The notes under the pieces: generated by a model
The model's database searches: none
What the model was told of the DNA's origin: nothing
The model's input: the letters and a program-made list of their open reading frames with translations, nothing else
Translations under genes and position numbers: made by a program
Shown here: positions 57,636 through 64,000 of the stretch, in pieces
Layout: every line of letters begins with the position of its first letter
Position numbering within the stretch: position 1 is the first letter of the stretch
NCBI GenBank assembly: GCA_012295275.1
Contig: CM022666.1
Location: 4,774,001 to 4,838,000 of the forward strand
Length of the DNA stretch: 64,000 nt
Direction: 5' to 3'
DNA from: Chrysomallon squamiferum
Lineage: Eukaryota; Animalia; Mollusca

Positions 57636-58203
57636 TAGTGAAATTATAATTTTATATAAATATATATAACCTATGAAATAAGTGAAATTAAAGTTTTATA
57701 TAAATATATATAATCAATGAAATAACTGAAATTATAATTTTATATAAATATATATATATAACCTATGAAATAACTGAAATTCAAATTTTATATAAATATA
57801 CATAACCTATGAAATAAGTGAAATTATAATTTTATATAAATATATATAACCTACGAAATAAGTGAAAATATAATTTTATATAATTAAATATAACCTGTTA
57901 AATGAGTGAAATTATACTTTATATAAATATATATAATCTATGAAATCAGTGAAATTATAATTTTATGTAAATAAATTTAACCTGTGAAATCAGTGAAATT
58001 ATACTTTTATATAAATATATATAACCTATGAAATAAATGAAATTATAATTCTACATAAATATATATATGCTATGAAGTAAGTGAAATTATAATTTTATAT
58101 AAATATATATAACCTATGTAATAAGTGAAATTATAATTTTATATAAATATATATAACCTATGTAATAAGTGAAATTATAATTTTATATAAATATATATAA
58201 CCT
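57636..58203. repeat. AT-rich ~44-bp minisatellite (gtgaaattataattttatataaatatatataacctatgaaataa)
   Basis: About 12-13 units. Shorter versions lie at ~12990-13155, ~38090-38175 and ~45520-45595. Confidence 0.9.
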
Positions 58204-58297
58204 GCCTCTGTGTTTATAACTTTATATAAAGATATATCTGTTTGAAATAAGTAAAACATTTAGGACAGAGGCTGCCTCTCTGACAGGCTTCGTTGAT

Positions 58298-58385
58298 TTT
58301 TATAGCAGCTACTTTGAAAAAGTCGTATGACGTCGTCGACCTCCTTTCAGAGAATAATAATTTTCTTCGGGTAACTGGGCTTTCC
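58298..58385 (-). promoter_or_regulatory. Putative promoter of copy E
   Basis: Mirror of 12800-12886: TATAAAA at 58304-58298, ATGACGTC at 58327-58334 and GGGCTTTCC at 58377-58385. Confidence 0.55.
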
Positions 58386-59621
58386 ACCCAAGCTGTATGT
58401 AGATATCAGTCAAGCGTATTACTTTGAAAAGATCGTATCATATTTTCTACCAGCTCACTCGATCATTTTTGATTGGCTAAGAGTAAATGTCGTCTGCTTT
58501 ATTTAAGTTTATTACTTAATGTTTTTTCTTCTGTCGTTTTTAATTTTTCGCTATAGATTTCGTATAGTCATTTAATATACTATGAATAATATGAGCAAAG
58601 TTATTACATGTATTTTTTTGTCTGTTTGTATTGTTCATAAATAAACTTCATATTATAGTAGTTATTGCTATAATAGTAGTAGTAATAGTGGTAGTTGTTG
58701 TTTTAGTTGTGGTAGTAATAATAGCTGTTGTTGTTGTTGCGGCTGGTTTTGTCGTTATTGTTAAATAAAGGGTACAGCGTAATTTCTATTCGTGTGTCAA
58801 CTAAGCCATAAACAACAAAAGGAAAACATGTAGTCTGTGTATCACACAGTGGAAATTTCCAGCCCGGATTTGTCATCTTACACGTAATCGGAATAAATAA
58901 ATGTAGTCATCCATTTATTATTACACAGCCAGGAATATAAAATGTCTCAGAAATATCTCCCAGTGACAGAAGACTCTTCTGTTTGTAAATGTCACTTGTA
59001 GCATGACTGTTGATTCAGTCTGCCGAATAAAAAAATAAAGAAATAAAGAAAAAAATAAATGAGCGAAATATAGTAAAATAAAATAAAAACAAAAATAAAA
59101 TAAAATAAAACAAATGAAAATATTTTTTTGAAATAAAATAAATAAGAATACAAAATTGTAAAAAATTAAGTAAAATAAATAAATAAAGTAAAATATGCTG
59201 AATTAAAATTTTAAAACTAAATTCAAATAAAAATAAAATAAAAATACAAAATGATAAAAGTAAAGTAAAATAAATAAATACAGAAAGATATATTAATATA
59301 AATTAATTAATTAAAACAATGAAATAAATGAAATAAAATTGTAGTAGGTTAAAATAAAATAAATAAAGATAGAGTAAAATAAAAAAAAAAATAAACAACA
59401 AACAAACCGTAAATAAATAAATAAATAATTAAAAAAAAAAAGAAAAGGGAAATGATATATTCTGTCACATGGTGGACATTTATACATAATCGGGATAAAT
59501 AACTCAAGTCATCCATTTATTACTACAGGGCCAGGAATATGAAATGTCTCAGAAATATCTGCCTGTGACAGAAGAATCTTCCACTTGTAAACGTTACTTG
59601 TATCATGACTGTTGATTCAGT

Positions 59622-60214
59622 GGCTGGAAAAAAGTAACAATTTTTATATAACAAAATGTATGAATTTATAGAGTATTGAATGTGGCATCATAGTCTACAT
59701 GGGGTAATTGTTAAGCTTACTGATTAGGTCAGTTAGGTTAGATTAAAGAAAGAGGTTTCATACTGTGCAGGGGTGGTGACTTGTTACACTTATTAATTAG
59801 GCAGGATTAAAGAAAGAGTCTTCATATTGTGCAGGGGTGATGCTTGGGTCCAGCTTACTGATTAGAATAGATTTAAACTAAGAGCTTCCTATTGTAAATG
59901 ATTTATAAAATGTTCGATGTTGAAATGTGTTTCACTGTATATTCTCCACCTAGCTCAAGTGTCAGAAGTATGTTTAATATGGAAGTTATTCATAGCAATA
60001 AGGGTGATATCAAAATCTGTTATGAAGGGTTCGTGTATGCTGCGGCAGAATTTCTTCGTGATATCGGGTGGAACATCAGCCTAAACCATCAACATTAAAA
60101 TCAAAGAACATTAACAAAATACTCTGACAAAATGTGTTTAATATATCTTTCATTGCTAATATATTTCTTAATTAACTTTTTTCCTGTGACTTTTTTTCAG
60201 GATTTTTTATCACC
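59622..60214 (+). mobile_element. Probable internally deleted FLYWCH/MULE-type element
   Basis: MEVIHSNKGDIKICYEGFVY (from 59979) resembles the start of a FLYWCH domain and is fused to EFLRDIGWNISL*, which resembles a transposase C-terminus. The termini ggaaaaaagtaac / ttttttcctgtgactttttttc are roughly inverted. Boundaries are approximate and no TSD was found. Confidence 0.55.
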
Positions 60215-60700
60215 ACGGAGTGCTAGGTGTTACTGACCCTTGTTTATCAGAATAATCTGGCGACACACGTCAAGCTGCATGGACGGGAACACGTTGACAA
60301 ATAACGTGAGTCATTTTTCATAAAAGAACGGAGATTTTTTTTTTTTGTAGGGAAAGAACTGGAACAATTCGGGTAACGGTCCTGTCCACTGAACGCACTG
60401 TGTAACTAGTTATGTAGATGTTTGCTCTTCTGTATTAATCCCGTATGTGATTGTTGTGACCGATTACAATTATTCTATCCATCTATATTATTCTTTACTG
60501 CTATATTGAATACAGTTTTAAAAATGTCTTGTGTTTGTTGTGTTCTAGTACAATAAAGGGTGTATACATATATATGCTTTCTTATTAGATTTTGCATGTG
60601 TTCATACTTTTGTTTAATAGATATTACCAGTGAAGGATTTTTTGTTTTATGTTTGTCAGGCTTTGAATACTCACAGATAATTTTAGCATATTATTCTTTA

Positions 60701-60752
60701 GTACGAAGACAGCAAGGAAGTTTTGTTCCTTCCTTCGTTGGAGCTGTCGACA
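60701..60752 (+). pseudogene. Short THD fragment, antisense to copy E and upstream of it
   Basis: Reads VRRQQGSFVPSFVGAVD in the same flanking module as 12419 and 31555. Confidence 0.7.
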
Positions 60753-62752
60753 CTGCATAGACACATAGACATATATTACTTACATTTTATAAAATTAAAT
60801 TAAATAAAAATATTTATTATAATCTCAAGTATATTCTGTTATTGTTAGATTGATAAAGTTACGTCAACCGTAATAGTGACAGATCGAAAAAGTACGAATG
60901 CATTTTCATTGTTATAAATAAATAAATCTGATGTTGTGGTTGTTGTTATTGTTGCCTCTGATGTATAGCGTTACTTCTGTTCACGTGTTCGGTACATTTT
61001 AGTACTTGATATAATACTACTATCACATGCTGAGATTTTTCCCCCACGATCGTTTTGACATTCCAGAAAACAAGAAAAACAAAACAAGAAATTAAAAACA
61101 AAACAACAATAAGAAAGAAACAACAACAACAAGAAAGAAAGAACAACAAACTACAAACAAAAAAATACAAATAAGACACAACCACACACACAGTGATGAA
61201 TTTTAAGAATATTGCTTTGTTCAGTTTGCTGTGAGTTGTTTTTATGATATAAAACTAGACAACGTCAAGTACATGTGATGTACGTGTATGAACAGAAACA
61301 AAGAAGGAAAAACTTAACAACTGACTATTAACCAGGTAGTTTGTTATTTTTCATTTAATTACTCTTCAGTAGTCTAACCCTAAATAAATTATCAAAAGTT
61401 TAATCCAGAATATCTACATTATCTATTTTTAAATGTCCTAACACACTTCAGCTATGCACTACAGTATATATCTACACAAGATCCACGGAGGCGCACTGTC
61501 ATAAAAATTGGATTATTCCATAACAGAAAAAAACTACTTATTTTTATTTATTATTTCAAAAAATTGTGTCTGTTGTTCGACGTATTTCTGTGGACTAGAT
61601 ATAATAGTAATCACGACAATGAAATTGGTAGTGTGTCAGATATCAATCTCACGTCACGTGTACATTTCACAGCCAGCGACGTCATGGTTGGCCGGACTCA
61701 GAGTGAACACGTGGGCCGTGCATTTTGAATCAGCTGAGTCACTTCGCAAACAGCTATTTATAAACATTACTCGGTAGATCTATTTTTAAAGACAATGTAC
61801 CCGGCATTTTAAAAGGTGTACCAGTGACCTACTATTGTTGTCGTCGGTGTCAAGGACGACTGCTTAACTATTAAAACGTAAACATGATACATATGTGTGT
61901 GTGTAGATGTGCACGTATGTAGGTGTATCTATATAAGTATGTGATATGTACATGGTTATATAACAGCAATATTTTACATAGTCTATAAAGTATACAAATT
62001 TTGCTTTATAAAATAAAACTTAAATCATGTCGCTGACTGGTGTAGAAGCGAAAAGTGAGCTGAAAAATGATCTCATTAATTTTACTTGATATTACAACAA
62101 CATGTATTACATACATTACATATTCACTGTACAAATAAAAGCCATTATGCATGGAGTATTCATTATCATTTAACATTAATTATATTTACAACATCCACAG
62201 ATGTACATGTTTAGGATATCAACTGTTCAAAAATATCTTTTTACATAGAACATCCATTGTGTACAGAACATCTACCATACAAGAACATTCACTGTACACT
62301 GAACATTCACTGTACTTGAGCACCCAAAGTACAGTCTACATAGAACATCTGTACAAGATCATCTTTTTACACAGGACATAGACTGTAGAACAGTCACTGT
62401 ATACAGAACATCTACTGCAGAACAACGCGTACTGTACTTAGAACAGTAGAGCATCTACTGCACAAAGAATATCCAGTGTACAAGAACATCTATTGTACAT
62501 AGAACATCTATTGTATAATGTGAGTAAAACCTAAAATAATAGTAAATAAAACCTGAAGCAGAGTTCATCTTTTGTGAATGATGAGGTTGACAGTAAAACT
62601 TTGAATGATGATGTTAACAATACAATTCTGAATGATGATGGTGACAATGAAATTCTGAATGATGATGCAGACAATGTAATTCTGAATGATGATGTAGGAT
62701 AATGGCCATGACAGTCTTTGTGTTTACTTATGATCCACGTTTATTTTCATTC

Positions 62753-62801
<49 letters not shown>

Positions 62802-63041
62802 TTACGGAAATGAAAAGTCTTCTTCTGACACAACTAAATTCCTCATTTATCTTATAGATTATGAATTCAAATCTCTGTATGCATACACGCGTAATATTTC
62901 ACAGAATCTGATGTCACTGTGAATATAAGACAATTGATATCAAATGAGATTTTTCAGGTGTGTGTGTTCGCCGATCTGTTTGATATGTCCTGAAGGAAAT
63001 ATTAGAATGTAATGTTTTTTAGGTTTTAAGTAAATTTCTTT

Positions 63042-63435
63042 TCATGAATCTTTCATTGTCTGATCCTCGCTGGTTTCAAAAATTATTCTTAGCCTGACAA
63101 AACCAGATCTGTTAAAAGATGAAAAGAGAGAAAGTAAAGAAATGAATTAATTTCATGAGGTAAGTTTAGTTAACGTGTATATATATGAAAGAAATTAAAA
63201 ATATTTATATATCATTTATTAATTAATAATTAATAAGGATAAGGAATTAAATAATAACAACAGTAAATTAAATAAATAAAACTATACACAACAAATGTTG
63301 ATTAATTAATTTAAAAATCAATAGTTTAACTAATAATAATAACAATAAAGTAACTATTTAATGATCAGAAACCAAATAAATAATTAAATAAATAAATAAA
63401 ATAATTAAATCAACAACAATAATAATAGTAAAATA

Positions 63436-63501
<66 letters not shown>

Positions 63502-63804
63502 CAACATCAATTTACTTAAAACTGTGCAGAATAATATTTTTATATTTATCAGTGCATATATCTGTTATATTGTGAAAAGAGATATTATTTGCAATTGAAA
63601 TTAAAAGAAAAAATATTCGAGACACCATCTTAGACAGAAATAATTTACCTTCTTATGTAGATCCATAAAACCGAACCAAACAGTTCCTTGAGCACCACAA
63701 TGGACAAAAATACAACAACAATTTGAGCTGTATCCATGACGATGCGCCTGGCTGCAGCGAGTAAAGCGTCAAGTTGGTTTTCTACAATGTCTGGTCTCTC
63801 CGTC
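63042..63804 (-). CDS. Two exon-like elements (Y 63804-63649, Z 63108-63042) of an unknown gene; candidate small membrane protein
   Basis: Y is 156 nt (tttcacag| ... aagaag|gtaaat) and Z has the acceptor cttttcatcttttaacag|. The spliced open frame is TERPDIVENQLDALLAAARRIVMDTAQIVVVFLSIVVLKELFGSVLWIYIRRSGFVRLRIIFETSEDQTMKDS*. Confidence 0.45.
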
Positions 63805-64000
63805 CTGTGAAAGTAAATTGTAAAAACAGATAATTAAAATTTAAACAAATATAAGACAAAATATTACTTCAAGTAGTGTTTTTAAGGTTATTAAACGCAC
63901 TCAGATATGTACAAATTATATTTGATAAAATAATTTGTCATGACTGGTTAAATTCTTTCATTTTCTGTTTTTTCATCTTCTTTATTCTTCTTCTCTACTC

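Overview
Very AT-rich, microsatellite-dense eukaryotic DNA, probably an invertebrate (mollusc-like, inferred), with two 200-N scaffold gaps. The window is a segmentally duplicated cluster of TNF-superfamily ligand genes. Splicing by hand gives a conserved 4-coding-exon structure: 261 + 37 (micro-exon) + 108 + 389 nt = 264 aa. The protein has an N-terminal hydrophobic segment, a 6-Cys stalk and a C-terminal TNF homology domain (THD). Three copies look intact (A 14866-16759 +, D 37652-35720 -, E 56342-54427 -). Two are disabled (B, 28-nt deletion; C, nonsense codon and truncation), and several orphan exon fragments remain. Copies A, C, D and E have a conserved TATA box, with nearby NF-kB-like sites at A, D and E. 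Interleaved with them is a second, unrecognised exon module that appears intact at the right window edge and could encode a small membrane peptide. The window also holds an isolated exon-like ORF of unknown family and decayed DNA transposons (Tc1, two Tigger/pogo derivatives, a MITE, a FLYWCH/MULE derivative). Most ORFs in the supplied track are microsatellite or antisense artefacts.
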